A stretch of 64,000 nt of DNA. Source: a virus. A model generated the notes under the pieces. It searched no databases and was not told the DNA's origin. It saw only the letters and a program-made list of their open reading frames with translations. Within the stretch, counting starts at the first letter, position 1. Each line of letters starts with the position of its first letter. Where the stretch lies: positions 1 to 64,000 of IMG/VR virus record IMGVR_UViG_3300021197_001654; one strand, written 5' to 3'. The position numbers and the translations under genes were made by a program. Below, one piece after another: positions 21,101 to 30,914 of this stretch.

Positions 21101-22858
21101 CTATGAAGAACTGAACGTACCGTAACGGTGCCTACTGGAATAACCCAAAATAGGTACCGGTTCGACAACTCTACCAGAATTAGCGTATCTATCCCTAAAC
21201 ACGCGAAGTAAATCTTGGTACCGGGACAAATGAGCTTGAGCACTCACTTGGTCGTTACCGTCTGACAAACTGACATAGTACAGAGCCAACTCAAGTAGCG
21301 TCGGAATAGACTCCGGATGAATCGGTGCTGTGTCCGCGTCCGTGAGAAACGGCTTCGGCAATCGAGACACACGAAAGTCTACCTCATACCTCGAGTCTTG
21401 ATGAGGGAAGACCTTCCATGCGTAGTAACCAGTACTGTGCTTCAATGTTCGATGATAGTCGTAAAGCTCTTTACCCGTCCAGACGATCCTCGCCGCCGTA
21501 CTGTCTGACGTTCCAAGCTTACCGATCTCTTCCGGCAACTCGACCCCAGTAGACGTGATCGTCGTGACCATATCAAACGTCGGCTCGACCTCACAAAGAA
21601 GGTGAAACCTAGAATTGGTCTCGACGTCGTTAAACTTACCGATACCTTTAGACTCGGCATCAAGGTGCGCCACGTAGTAGCGAATCCTGAGGCCCGTACG
21701 CCCGTACCGCTTGTACGCAGAGTCACCAAACCCCAGCATGGCATCAATATTCGCCGCCGAGATGACCATCGCTGCCGCGTCACCAGACTCATCAGACTGC
21801 TTAATTGTAGTTATCGGCGACGGAGCGCTCTCAAACTGCGGGTCGTGGATGCCTGAGTACTGGTTCTCACCAGAAAGGACTGTACCCTTCTTATAGGCCC
21901 ACGTTAGGCCGTACGAGCTATCTTGCTCAACGTCGCCACCAGGAGTAACCAACGGTGATTGCTGCCATTCCTCGTCGCGTCGACCTAAAACATAGGTGTA
22001 GCAAACTGCCCAAGTCCCTCGGCGAAGACTTAAATCGTTCACCCACTTAAACGCGTCGGGAATCGGCGCGGGCGATTTCTTCAGGATTCCGCTATCCCGA
22101 ACGGCATCCGCTGACTGGTGCCGCGGCTGGTTAGCTTCCATAACCTTCGGCGCCTCTGTCGGTGCGGGAAGCTGGAAATGGCGGCCTCGCCAACACCGGT
22201 AGGGCTTACCCGTTGAATTACCTTGATAGTCCAACATGTCTTGCCGGCTTGCGCCTGCCGTATCAAGCTTCCACATCTGCTGACGAGATCCGTCAAAGAG
22301 GGTCGCGGGCTCCATGACCTCAATTACATCGTCAGCGACGAAAAATTCAGGCTGGTGAATCCTAAACTTAAGTGCTCCCGCGCCTGAATTGTTCGCAATC
22401 AACTCATTATACGGACGATCCAAAGTAACACCATAAGTGACAGCCTCACCTGCCGTGTACTGGAACCACTCGAGACACTGCCTTCGGTGAATCCGGCCCG
22501 TGGCATCGGTGATCTCGATATGCATCAAGCCATCCCACTCACCCGTCACCGTCGGCTTCCAGGTCGTAAGCGTAGACGCATCAATTTTAGTGCCTGCAGT
22601 ATCTACGAACTCAAGCAGGCGCTTGTCGCTATCGAGAGACACCACCCGAGACACAACAGTCGCGTCGGTACTGACCACATCAGGGTACAGAACAATATGT
22701 TCCTCATCGGGAAGAAGCGCTTCCGGAACGTCATTCGACATTCGGTTGAGGGCGACATTTAAAGCTCGCCGAACACGTTTGTCTTGGGTCTCACCACTCG
22801 AATCCCAAGATCGCATGGCATACAATTGCTCTTTCAATTGAGCTAACGAAACGTCCAT
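21101..22858 (-). CDS. Head-tail adaptor (tail tubular protein A-like) with large insertion, 585 aa
   Basis: N-terminal SLAQLKEQL...VRRALNVALNRM and C-terminal DADTAPIHPESIPTLLELALYY...AQAHLSRYQDLL helices typical of adaptors; GGAGG RBS. Confidence 0.65.
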   Translation of the reverse strand: MDVSLAQLKEQLYAMRSWDSSGETQDKRVRRALNVALNRMSNDVPEALLPDEEHIVLYPDVVSTDATVVSRVVSLDSDKRLLEFVDTAGTKIDASTLTTWKPTVTGEWDGLMHIEITDATGRIHRRQCLEWFQYTAGEAVTYGVTLDRPYNELIANNSGAGALKFRIHQPEFFVADDVIEVMEPATLFDGSRQQMWKLDTAGASRQDMLDYQGNSTGKPYRCWRGRHFQLPAPTEAPKVMEANQPRHQSADAVRDSGILKKSPAPIPDAFKWVNDLSLRRGTWAVCYTYVLGRRDEEWQQSPLVTPGGDVEQDSSYGLTWAYKKGTVLSGENQYSGIHDPQFESAPSPITTIKQSDESGDAAAMVISAANIDAMLGFGDSAYKRYGRTGLRIRYYVAHLDAESKGIGKFNDVETNSRFHLLCEVEPTFDMVTTITSTGVELPEEIGKLGTSDSTAARIVWTGKELYDYHRTLKHSTGYYAWKVFPHQDSRYEVDFRVSRLPKPFLTDADTAPIHPESIPTLLELALYYVSLSDGNDQVSAQAHLSRYQDLLRVFRDRYANSGRVVEPVPILGYSSRHRYGTFSSS

Positions 22859-22867
22859 AGAGCCTCC

Positions 22868-22904
22868 AAAAGACGAAAGGGGCGCAGCCCGAAAGCCACG
22901 CCCC
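22868..22904 (-). terminator. Intrinsic terminator after capsid/decoration genes
   Basis: Minus strand GGGGCGTGGCT-TTCG-GGCTGCGCCCC followed by TTTCGTCTTTT. Confidence 0.7.
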
Positions 22905-22905
22905 C

Positions 22906-22920
22906 TAAGTGTATCACGTA
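22906..22920 (-). promoter_or_regulatory. Promoter candidate TACGTGATACACTTA (extended -10)
   Basis: 14/15 identical to the element upstream of terL. Confidence 0.55.
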
Positions 22921-22928
22921 GTCAGATG

Positions 22929-23546
22929 CTACGGGATGTTGATGTACGCCTGAACAAACGTGTCCAGCGTTATGCCCTCACCCTCAAGGGCGACACCGAT
23001 TGCAGTACCTGCAGCGCCGTCATCATCGACCATGCCGTCAGTACCTTGAGAAGCGAGAGGCTCCCCGGCGGCAGTAACGTCTGCGTTGCAGAGAACGACA
23101 CAGGTGCCCTTCTTGATGATCCAACCATAAGACCCAGCAGCGATGTCGTTATCAGCAACACCAGCAAGAGTCTGAAGGATTTGATCCGCAGTAGTTGCCC
23201 GATCAATAGCGTAGGCGATCCCGTGGTCGAAATCCCACTCACATAGATCACCCGCTGTGATTGCAGTCTTTGCGTAGACAAAGACCCACTCACGATCACC
23301 GCCGAGAAGGGCAAAGTTCTTAGTGCGATCAACACCAGAGTTGCCCATGCCAGCTTCATCACCAGTCAGGATGGTTGAAGTTGCTGCTGGTGTCGACTGC
23401 GACAAACCAGACTCAACTTCGTCCGCCAACTGCATCCGAGTCGCGCCCAAGGCATACTGCTCAGTAGTGTAGGTAGAAGAAAAACCTGATTGAGCGCCGA
23501 CGCTGTTAGCGACGTCACCACCAGTACTAAAAGAATTTCCAGCCAT
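22929..23546 (-). CDS. Capsid decoration/cement protein
   Basis: Follows MCP with TAAGGAGG RBS; FVYAKTAITAGD...AGVADNDIAAGSYGWII...GTAIGVALE pattern. Confidence 0.7.
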   Translation of the reverse strand: MAGNSFSTGGDVANSVGAQSGFSSTYTTEQYALGATRMQLADEVESGLSQSTPAATSTILTGDEAGMGNSGVDRTKNFALLGGDREWVFVYAKTAITAGDLCEWDFDHGIAYAIDRATTADQILQTLAGVADNDIAAGSYGWIIKKGTCVVLCNADVTAAGEPLASQGTDGMVDDDGAAGTAIGVALEGEGITLDTFVQAYINIP

Positions 23547-23557
23547 GATGTACCTCC

Positions 23558-24607
23558 TTAGACCGCGCCGCCAGACACACATCCCTGCGCCACTAGCTTG
23601 GTGCAGATCAGGTTGCCTTGCATTGCAAAGATTGCTGTCACCACGTCTTGATCGCCAACCCGTTCCTTGAACTCCGAGACACTCGGGGCTTCAAGCATTG
23701 GGAACTCGATGTAATCCGTGTTGAGCATATAAGTAACGCCGTCAGCAGCGACACCAGTGAAGTCTGCACGATCAAGGTCGATCGAAGATGTAACAGAAGC
23801 AATTCCGAGGCTGAGGCCCAGGGTGTTGCTCTTGTCGATCTTGTCATCAACGATGCTCACGCGAACGTTCTGGCTACGCTCCTCTTCGAAGTTGGTGTAG
23901 GTATCATCGTCCATGAAAATCATGTCCGGACCCTTACCAATTCCGCCCGCGTAGTGCGAGCACTGGCGGTAAGCCTTACGAAGCTTGTTCATACCTTCAC
24001 CTGACCAGGTGCCAATGTCTTGGAACTGGTTGTAGTGGAAGTAACTGCTGCTCTTCGCCACGTTCTGAACAGTGTCAGTCTGGGTAGCTGGAGTCGCAAA
24101 GTCAAGAAGGCCATTCGTAACGCCAGTTCCGATACCGGCACTAAAGTCACCGTTGAGAGTCAGCATTCCCTGAAGCTCAGACGTGTTGAAAGCAAGACCG
24201 CGACTCACACCAGTGAGAAGGAACTTGTTCAAGTCAGCCTTTGCAGCTTCCATGGAAGTCTGAGGATACTCTTCGATTAGACGAATGATTGCCAACTTAC
24301 CTGAGTTCTGAGCAAGCTCACGCTTAGGAATGTTGATTGCCATAACCAGACGATGAGGCTCGACCTCAAACTTCCGGATTTGTTGACGGCGGGTCATGTT
24401 CAGTAGTTCGTCACCAACGTAGACACCAACACCGCGAGCAGGAGCGCCGCCGGAGAAGGAACGTTCAATCTTTGTTCCGCCTTCCATGGGCATACGTGCT
24501 TTTGAGTTAAGTGCTTCGAAAAGCTCATTACTACGAACAAACGAGTTTACTAGTGGTCCGCGAAGGTCCGCGAACGTAGTGTTCAGCAGTTCAGTACTGA
24601 TAGACAT
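23558..24607 (-). CDS. Major capsid protein (podovirus-type HK97 fold)
   Basis: MSISTELLNTTFADLRGPLVNSFVRSNELFEAL...GGTKIE..., C-terminal YMLNTDYI...GNLICTKLVAQG; about 350 aa. Confidence 0.85.
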   Translation of the reverse strand: MSISTELLNTTFADLRGPLVNSFVRSNELFEALNSKARMPMEGGTKIERSFSGGAPARGVGVYVGDELLNMTRRQQIRKFEVEPHRLVMAINIPKRELAQNSGKLAIIRLIEEYPQTSMEAAKADLNKFLLTGVSRGLAFNTSELQGMLTLNGDFSAGIGTGVTNGLLDFATPATQTDTVQNVAKSSSYFHYNQFQDIGTWSGEGMNKLRKAYRQCSHYAGGIGKGPDMIFMDDDTYTNFEEERSQNVRVSIVDDKIDKSNTLGLSLGIASVTSSIDLDRADFTGVAADGVTYMLNTDYIEFPMLEAPSVSEFKERVGDQDVVTAIFAMQGNLICTKLVAQGCVSGGAV

Positions 24608-24823
24608 TTTGTTCTCACATAAAGTAGTTAGAAAATTTAAACGATTTCCCGCCTGCCCTGTACGTTCGCCGGACTCAATTGAGCTACCCGACCGCAAATT
24701 GGGTGCGTATATTTTGTTTACATTACATAGACTAATAGTGCAAGTAACTAATTCAGTAAGATTTCTACGCGGTTACCCGATTGAGCCTATTCAACCACCG
24801 AACCCCTTCGTCGAAAATAGATT

Positions 24824-24838
24824 TACGTGATAAACTTA
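24824..24838 (+). promoter_or_regulatory. Promoter candidate TACGTGATAAACTTA; terL probably leaderless
   Basis: TGnTAAACT ends 6 nt before the terL ATG at 24843; no Shine-Dalgarno. Confidence 0.55.
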
Positions 24839-24842
24839 CCGT

Positions 24843-26492
24843 ATGGCTAACACAAAGAAAAAAGAAGCTAAGCAGCATAGCGGCGCAAAGTTTGCCGAAG
24901 CCCCAGGACTACATCAAGGAAAAATTAGGGCGCTATTCGCAACACCCGATGCGTTCGTCTCAATGTGTCAAATTGTCCGAGAAGACGAGTCTACAGGCTA
25001 CATGGAGCCTACGCATACGCAAAAGAAACTCTTAAAAGCATACGACGAGAACCGCTGGCTTATGGTGAACAAGTTTCGCCAAGCGAAGATTACAACCGTA
25101 TCCGTCATGTTGCTGCTTCGAGACTGCATGTACCTCAGCGGAGTCAAGGGGCTGCTTATCGCTGAGCGCCAAGATACCGCAGAGGATATTTTTGAGCGCA
25201 TACTGTTCGCTTACAACAAGCTCCCAGATGATGTTCGAATGCCGCTGACACCGGGCAAGAAAGCTGGCGCCACACAGATGCAGTTTGTACACGGCGGCGG
25301 AATTAAAGTTCTGACTGCCGGTGGTAGGTCTCCCGCGATCGGACGCTCAATTGACCGCCTGGTCATCACTGAGTTCGGTGAAGCGCAATGGCAACGCAAG
25401 GCAGCCATCAACATCTTCCCGACGGTCAACAAGAGGCCCAACGCAAAGGTCATCCTTGAGTCGACGCCAGGCAGAGCCGGATCACACCACGAACAGATGT
25501 GGCGCTCGGCGCTCGAGGGATCCAGTCGATTCCACCCACTGTTCCTTGAGTGGTGGGAAGACGATAGCTGCCGAGAGATGGAAGAAGATTTTACGCCTAG
25601 CGTAACTGAACTTGAATATATGAAACGCCACGCGGGGATGAGTAAATATAATCTCGCATTCCGAAGGCGAGGTCTCAATACAGAGTTTGTCGGGGATACC
25701 CGGCTGTTCTCATGTAAGTACCCGTCAGACCCCTACGACGGGTGGCTAGGAACAACAAATCCCGTCATGCCGGCAGAAGTACTTAAGCCTTGGTTGGCTA
25801 AGGCAAAAGCTGACCCGCCAATGTCCATGCACGGGTGCCACGAGTTCGACGCACCGATCCCCGGAAGAAAATATCTAATCACCGCTGATCCTGCAGGCTT
25901 CGGTAGCACAGGCGATAAATCTGCGCTGACTGTGTGGGACGCCCAAGACTGGCGGGAAGTTGCTTTCTGGGAGGATCGAGAAACTCCCGACCGATTCGGG
26001 CAAAGGCTGGTACGAATACAAAAACGATACAACCAGGCATTGTTGGCCGTAGAGTCAAACGCAACTGCATGTATCGCTATCCTCAAGGACCAGGGCACTC
26101 GGAACCTTTTGTGGACGGACAGAAACCACCCAGGCTGGTACGCAACTCAAAAACGAGTGCAGGAATCTGAAGCCCGACTTGTGCAAATGCTCCGCGAAGG
26201 AGACATTTATATCCGCAGTCGCGGAACCTTACATCAACTACTAAACTATGACGGCTCAAAGAAGAAGCGCGTGCGTGGCGAAGACGGAATACTCCACCAC
26301 TTCGACCGCGCGAGGACCGCTGTCATGGCCGCTGATATACTGTCGAAACGAAAGTTTAGCGCACCGCCGAAAGAAACCGGACCCACACACACCGCCGGAC
26401 AAGTTACAATTAGGCAGCTTGACCAACACAAACACGCTAAGCAACAGCAAGCCACATCACCATTTAAACCCGCATCACTAAACTGGTCGTAG
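24843..26492 (+). CDS. terL: Terminase large subunit
   Basis: NKFRQAKITT (Walker A-like), LVITEFGE (Walker B-like), ILESTPG (motif C), YLITADPAG and VESN in the RNase H-like nuclease domain. Confidence 0.92.
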   Translation: MANTKKKEAKQHSGAKFAEAPGLHQGKIRALFATPDAFVSMCQIVREDESTGYMEPTHTQKKLLKAYDENRWLMVNKFRQAKITTVSVMLLLRDCMYLSGVKGLLIAERQDTAEDIFERILFAYNKLPDDVRMPLTPGKKAGATQMQFVHGGGIKVLTAGGRSPAIGRSIDRLVITEFGEAQWQRKAAINIFPTVNKRPNAKVILESTPGRAGSHHEQMWRSALEGSSRFHPLFLEWWEDDSCREMEEDFTPSVTELEYMKRHAGMSKYNLAFRRRGLNTEFVGDTRLFSCKYPSDPYDGWLGTTNPVMPAEVLKPWLAKAKADPPMSMHGCHEFDAPIPGRKYLITADPAGFGSTGDKSALTVWDAQDWREVAFWEDRETPDRFGQRLVRIQKRYNQALLAVESNATACIAILKDQGTRNLLWTDRNHPGWYATQKRVQESEARLVQMLREGDIYIRSRGTLHQLLNYDGSKKKRVRGEDGILHHFDRARTAVMAADILSKRKFSAPPKETGPTHTAGQVTIRQLDQHKHAKQQQATSPFKPASLNWS

Positions 26493-26500
26493 GAAATAAT

Positions 26501-26731
26501 ATGAAATTCGGTAACAAAATGTACGGTGCCAAAGAAGCACACGCCGCTAAAACCAGCGCGAAAACGCACGACAAGAAAATGCGCTCAGCCGCGCTGAATA
26601 AATCGGAAGACGAGCCTAAGGAGAAGAAGCCTAAGAAGAAGCCTATTGCAGGGCCCATCAAAACTCCGATCATCGCTACGGGTGATTCTCCGAGAGATCC
26701 GAAATCGCCTCCGGCGGCACCTAAGAAGTAA
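26501..26731 (+). CDS. Small Lys-rich protein (76 aa)
   Basis: AGGA RBS; fills terL-portal gap. Confidence 0.7.
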   Translation: MKFGNKMYGAKEAHAAKTSAKTHDKKMRSAALNKSEDEPKEKKPKKKPIAGPIKTPIIATGDSPRDPKSPPAAPKK

Positions 26732-26733
26732 TC

Positions 26734-28521
26734 ATGGCGTCCAAACTATCAAAGCTGATTGATCGTCACCTAGACTTCTACAAGAGGTCCGAGAAGACTT
26801 CGTTCGATAAGGCCCGAAGGTTCTATCGGGGTGACTTTTTCGCCAACACAGATAGTGACATGGGCGGCACGCGCATGGACTCGTATCTATGCTCGAAGAA
26901 CTTAATCTACGCTATCGCAGACACCGCCGTTAGCGCACTGCTCGGACCCAATCCGACAGTCGCGGCGGTAGCTAGGACACCAAAATCACAAGATTCGGCA
27001 ACGTCTGTGTCCGGTCTTCTTGAGTACATCTTCCGATCTAACAAATTCCGACGTAAGGCATCAACCGCTCTAATTGACGCTGTTTTATGTAAGCGCGGAA
27101 TCTTTAAGACCGGCTGGGATGCTGATCGAGACATGCCGATTGTCCGAGCCGTAAACCCATCATCGATATTCTTCGACCTCACCGTGAGAGACCCTGATGA
27201 CATCAGGTACTGGATCGAGGCGACCGTCATTTCGTTCGATGAATTTAAGGATCGAGTAAGATCAGGTCTATACAAAGCCGAGCTTGTTAAAGACGTAACG
27301 CCTGATCGGTACCCAAAATGGTTGATGGATCGCAATCAACAGAGCGACACACAGTCTGTGCGTGACGCGTTCCAGTGGGTCACGATTTACGAGTACTACG
27401 ACCGCGAAGGCGGCACAATCCAGCATTACGTTAAGCAAGCTGACGCCATCGTATTCGAAGACAAGATCGACTACATCCCGTACTCAATGTTTAGCTTGAA
27501 CCAGTCAGGTATCGACTGCTTGGGCTTAAGTGAAGTTCAACTTGTCCTTAAGCAACAAGAGACAATCAACGATCTGCTCACCCACATGAAGCAAATCACA
27601 TATCTTCAGATTCCGCGAATCCTGTACGATTCCGGTCGACTCTCAGAAGAAGATCTGAATAAGGCCGTCGAAGCTAGCGCGGGCTCATTTATCGGTATCA
27701 ACCCGTCTAATAGCGAGGCTCTACGCACACTTGCTACGCTGTTCTACGAAATGCCACAGCCTCAAAACCCTCAGGGTGTACAGGAGTTTGTTGCCCGCCA
27801 GGAAGACGACGCTGCGTTTATCTCTGCGCTTGCCGAGGCTGCTCGCGGCCAGGTTGTCGGCGCCCGCACAGCAACCGAGATGGCGATTATCGACGCTCAA
27901 ATGCGAACACGACTTGCGACGAGAGAGGGGCATCTCAACGACGCAATCGAAGATGTTGCGCGGAAGGCGTTCTACCTCAGCAAAAAGTACATGCGGGAAC
28001 CTCGCCTTATTCGTATCGCAGGTGACCGAGGCTGGGCTCAGCTAGCCCACAAAGACTTGATGGATGTACAGGTCGACTTCGAAATGGTCTCCTACAACCC
28101 GATTCGTAAGAACCCAAGCGTCATGCTCGAGAGCTTGCTTCAACTGATCCCATTCCTGGTAGACAACGAAAATGTCGACATCAGAAAGCTTACCGAAGAA
28201 GTTATCTCGGGTATGGGCTTGTCACGCAGAATCATTATCCCAGAGGCCGAGCTTCAAGAAATGCAGGCCGAGATGATGGAGCAACAAGGTGGGGCTGTAG
28301 AGGCTCAAGCCCAGGCGGCCCTTGGCGGTGCTGCGGGCGGCCAACCGTTCCTCGAAGCGCAACAGATGCAGCAGATCCAAGCGACTATGGCTCAGTTACC
28401 GCTCGAAGACCAGGTTAGGATGGCGAAGGAAATCGAGCAGAAAACGGGTATCTCGATACCGCTACCGCCTGGATTGGCTGAGCCCGGTCAGCCTGCGGTA
28501 CCCGCCGAAGGAAGTAACTAG
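26734..28521 (+). CDS. Portal protein
   Basis: 595 aa after terL; FYRGD, NLIYAI, GIFKTGWD, ARTATEMAI motifs and Q/M-rich tail. Confidence 0.88.
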   Translation: MASKLSKLIDRHLDFYKRSEKTSFDKARRFYRGDFFANTDSDMGGTRMDSYLCSKNLIYAIADTAVSALLGPNPTVAAVARTPKSQDSATSVSGLLEYIFRSNKFRRKASTALIDAVLCKRGIFKTGWDADRDMPIVRAVNPSSIFFDLTVRDPDDIRYWIEATVISFDEFKDRVRSGLYKAELVKDVTPDRYPKWLMDRNQQSDTQSVRDAFQWVTIYEYYDREGGTIQHYVKQADAIVFEDKIDYIPYSMFSLNQSGIDCLGLSEVQLVLKQQETINDLLTHMKQITYLQIPRILYDSGRLSEEDLNKAVEASAGSFIGINPSNSEALRTLATLFYEMPQPQNPQGVQEFVARQEDDAAFISALAEAARGQVVGARTATEMAIIDAQMRTRLATREGHLNDAIEDVARKAFYLSKKYMREPRLIRIAGDRGWAQLAHKDLMDVQVDFEMVSYNPIRKNPSVMLESLLQLIPFLVDNENVDIRKLTEEVISGMGLSRRIIIPEAELQEMQAEMMEQQGGAVEAQAQAALGGAAGGQPFLEAQQMQQIQATMAQLPLEDQVRMAKEIEQKTGISIPLPPGLAEPGQPAVPAEGSN

Positions 28522-28829
28522 TGGCACTGTCTAAACGCGATAAGATACGGAAGGCAAGCTTACTTAAGAAGCACCGACTAAAAGGTGTGAATAAGCCAAA
28601 GCGTACGCCAGATCACCCGACAAAGAGCCACATCGTACTGGCCCAAGAAGGGAGTCAGTTGAAGTTGATTCGCTTCGGGGAGCAGGGCGCGAGCACTGCG
28701 GGTAAGCCGAAGTCCGGTGAATCGGATCGCATGAAAAAGAAGCGCAAGAGCTTTAAGTCGCGTCATCAAAAGAACATCGCCAAGGGCAAGATGAGTGCTG
28801 CATACTGGGCTGACAAGGCGAAGTGGTAA
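28521..28829 (+). CDS. Basic small protein, DUF5754-like
   Basis: LIRFGEQG...RKSFKSRH...KMSAAYWADKAKW pattern. Confidence 0.65.
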   Translation: MALSKRDKIRKASLLKKHRLKGVNKPKRTPDHPTKSHIVLAQEGSQLKLIRFGEQGASTAGKPKSGESDRMKKKRKSFKSRHQKNIAKGKMSAAYWADKAKW

Positions 28830-29251
28830 TGGCTGAATACGATGACATGATGGATGAGATGCGGAGAGGGGCGCAGAAGGCCGACTCCTGCCCCGCAGCA
28901 ACTCAAAACGTAGAGCTAAACTTAGACAACCGCCAGAAGGCGTTAGACACCAAAGAATACGGCCCGGCTAACCCCGGACTTGACGCTGAGGGCGGGAACC
29001 AAGAGTTTTGGCAGCGCTACGCTGACCGCTTTAACGACACCATCGAAAACGTAATGACCATGCGGTGCGCTAATTGTAGCTTCTTCGACACGTCTGAAGA
29101 CATGCAAGAGTGTATCGCTACAGGCATCGGAAACGAAGGCGACCCCGAGTCCGCCGTAGACGCCGGAGAACTGGGGTACTGCTCAGCGCTTGACTTCAAG
29201 TGCGCGTCACAACGGGTCTGCATTATCTGGGCCGGGGCCGCAGATGGCTGA
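28829..29251 (+). CDS. Cys-rich conserved phage protein
   Basis: CPAATQ...YGPANP...CANCSFFD...GYC..LDFKCASQRVC; TAATG coupling. Confidence 0.75.
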   Translation: MAEYDDMMDEMRRGAQKADSCPAATQNVELNLDNRQKALDTKEYGPANPGLDAEGGNQEFWQRYADRFNDTIENVMTMRCANCSFFDTSEDMQECIATGIGNEGDPESAVDAGELGYCSALDFKCASQRVCIIWAGAADG

Positions 29252-29429
29252 TAAACCAAAAAGCAAAGTAAACGAGGCTGGGAACTATACAAAGCCCGGA
29301 ATGCGCAAGCGCATGTTCCAGAGCATTAAGTCTGGCAGTAAGGGCGGAGGGTCCGGTCAGTGGTCTGCGCGCAAAGCTCAAATGCTTGCCAAGAGGTACA
29401 AGGCTAAAGGCGGGGGTTACAAGAACTAA
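29244..29429 (+). CDS. Basic small protein, DUF5872-like N-terminal half
   Basis: NYTKPGMRKR...GQWSARKAQMLAKRYKAKGGGYK. Confidence 0.7.
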   Translation: MADKPKSKVNEAGNYTKPGMRKRMFQSIKSGSKGGGSGQWSARKAQMLAKRYKAKGGGYKN

Positions 29430-29680
29430 TGGCCCTCAAAAAACCTCAGCAGTCTCTAAAGACGTGGACAAAGCAGAAGTGGCGGACACCATCGGGTAAG
29501 CCGAGTGTGCAGGGTCCTAAAGCTACTGGTGAGGTTTACGCTCCGTCGGCAACCATCAAGAGCACTAAGAGATCGAAGCTGGCAGCCGCCACAAGAGCGA
29601 AGAGGAAGGCTACGGCAGAAGGTAAGCAGTTCGCGTCTCACGGCCTTCACAAAGGCAAAAACAGGTCAGGTACAGCATGA
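29429..29680 (+). CDS. Basic small protein, DUF5872-like C-terminal half
   Basis: QQSLKTWTKQKWRT...ATRAKRKA..EGKQF; TAATG coupling. Confidence 0.7.
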   Translation: MALKKPQQSLKTWTKQKWRTPSGKPSVQGPKATGEVYAPSATIKSTKRSKLAAATRAKRKATAEGKQFASHGLHKGKNRSGTA

Positions 29681-30138
29681 GTCTAATAATGAACAACGTC
29701 GAGTGTACTGGTTGCGACTTCTTCGAAGAAGAGGCGATCTACCGTAGAGCCGATGGACCAGACAATTGCCCCGAGTGCGGAAGCAAACGGAAGATGTCGT
29801 TTAAGGGACTACGCTACGCTATTCATGGTCAAGGACCAGGATCATTCGCCGCAGTCGACTTCGGTGTTCTCGGTAAAGCCGAGACTCGAGAAGACTACGA
29901 TCGATGTATTGCAACTATCGAAGAAAGATTCCCCGGAAAACGAGTTCACATCCAAGGCGAGAGTGACGCGCAAAAACAAACGCGCCTCGACACTAAGCGC
30001 CACGAAAGTTGGAAGCGTAAGAAAGCTAAGGGACTCAACAACAAGATCCTCAAAGAAGTATCGACACACACGAAAAGACTTCAGTCTGAGGGGCGTAAAG
30101 AAACTAAAACCGCCGCTCAACTTGTTGGAGGTAAGTGA
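29677..30138 (+). CDS. Zinc-ribbon protein (FmdB-like N-terminus)
   Basis: CTGC...CPECG. Confidence 0.7.
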   Translation: MSLIMNNVECTGCDFFEEEAIYRRADGPDNCPECGSKRKMSFKGLRYAIHGQGPGSFAAVDFGVLGKAETREDYDRCIATIEERFPGKRVHIQGESDAQKQTRLDTKRHESWKRKKAKGLNNKILKEVSTHTKRLQSEGRKETKTAAQLVGGK

Positions 30139-30392
30139 TGCCCGATCCAAGCACGCGGGGCCTACTGTCAGATATTGAACTCGTCGAATACGCTCAACAA
30201 GAAGCCAGCAGAAAAAATAGATCTCTCCGAAAAGTAAAAGACGATACACTCAGAGACGCAAAGGTAGTTCAAGACAGGGCTACCGGAGAACAAATCACTG
30301 TACCCAATAAATTTATTCTGTCCATCGGAATAAATTCTGCTTTCGAACTAATGAGGCCGGATCTTTTTACCGAGTACCGGCAACAAACTTAA
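30135..30392 (+). CDS. Hypothetical protein (85 aa)
   Basis: GGAGG RBS, coupled to upstream stop. Confidence 0.65.
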   Translation: MMPDPSTRGLLSDIELVEYAQQEASRKNRSLRKVKDDTLRDAKVVQDRATGEQITVPNKFILSIGINSAFELMRPDLFTEYRQQT

Positions 30393-30435
30393 TAACCAAA
30401 CTGGTAATATTACCACTACGCAATAGGACTTTACC

Positions 30436-30912
30436 ATGGCCCAAGAAACACCGATGTCTCCCGAAGAAGATGCCAAAGAAATGAGCGCCCTTAAGGCTCT
30501 ATTCGATGCCGCAGATGCCGAGGCCGAAGCTGAAGGCGCACCAGATGCTCCCAGCATGGAAGAAGGTCCTGACATGGCTAGCGTGGCGCCCGCAGTCGAG
30601 CCTACCGGCGAAGAGGACATGCCTGCTGCCGGCGACGGCGACCTGGCCCCTCTTATGGAGACCCTTGGAGCCACCGAAGAGCGCGCAAAAATGCTCTACG
30701 ACGCGGCGCAACAGATCGACAAGACCGCAGGCAAGACTCCTCAAGAGCTTGCCGATATGATCGCAGATGACTTTGATATCCTTATGCAGCTTGAGATGGT
30801 AGCGGCCCGTGGCGAAGGCGGAGCGATGGGAGCACCTGCTGCAGAAGGAATGATGCCTGCCGGACCCGAAGGGATGCCTGCGGGTGAAATGATGCCGCCA
30901 GAAGGTATGTAA
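30436..30912 (+). CDS. Acidic hypothetical protein (158 aa), head-module associated
   Basis: E/D/A/M/P-rich; preceded by TGGTAATAT element and AGGA RBS. Confidence 0.75.
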   Translation: MAQETPMSPEEDAKEMSALKALFDAADAEAEAEGAPDAPSMEEGPDMASVAPAVEPTGEEDMPAAGDGDLAPLMETLGATEERAKMLYDAAQQIDKTAGKTPQELADMIADDFDILMQLEMVAARGEGGAMGAPAAEGMMPAGPEGMPAGEMMPPEGM

Positions 30913-30914
30913 AT

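Noticed and set aside
25360-25385. TerL Walker B LVITE lacking Asp as a sign of inactivation
   Set aside because: Ser/Thr-Glu at this position occurs in related terminases and the catalytic Glu is kept
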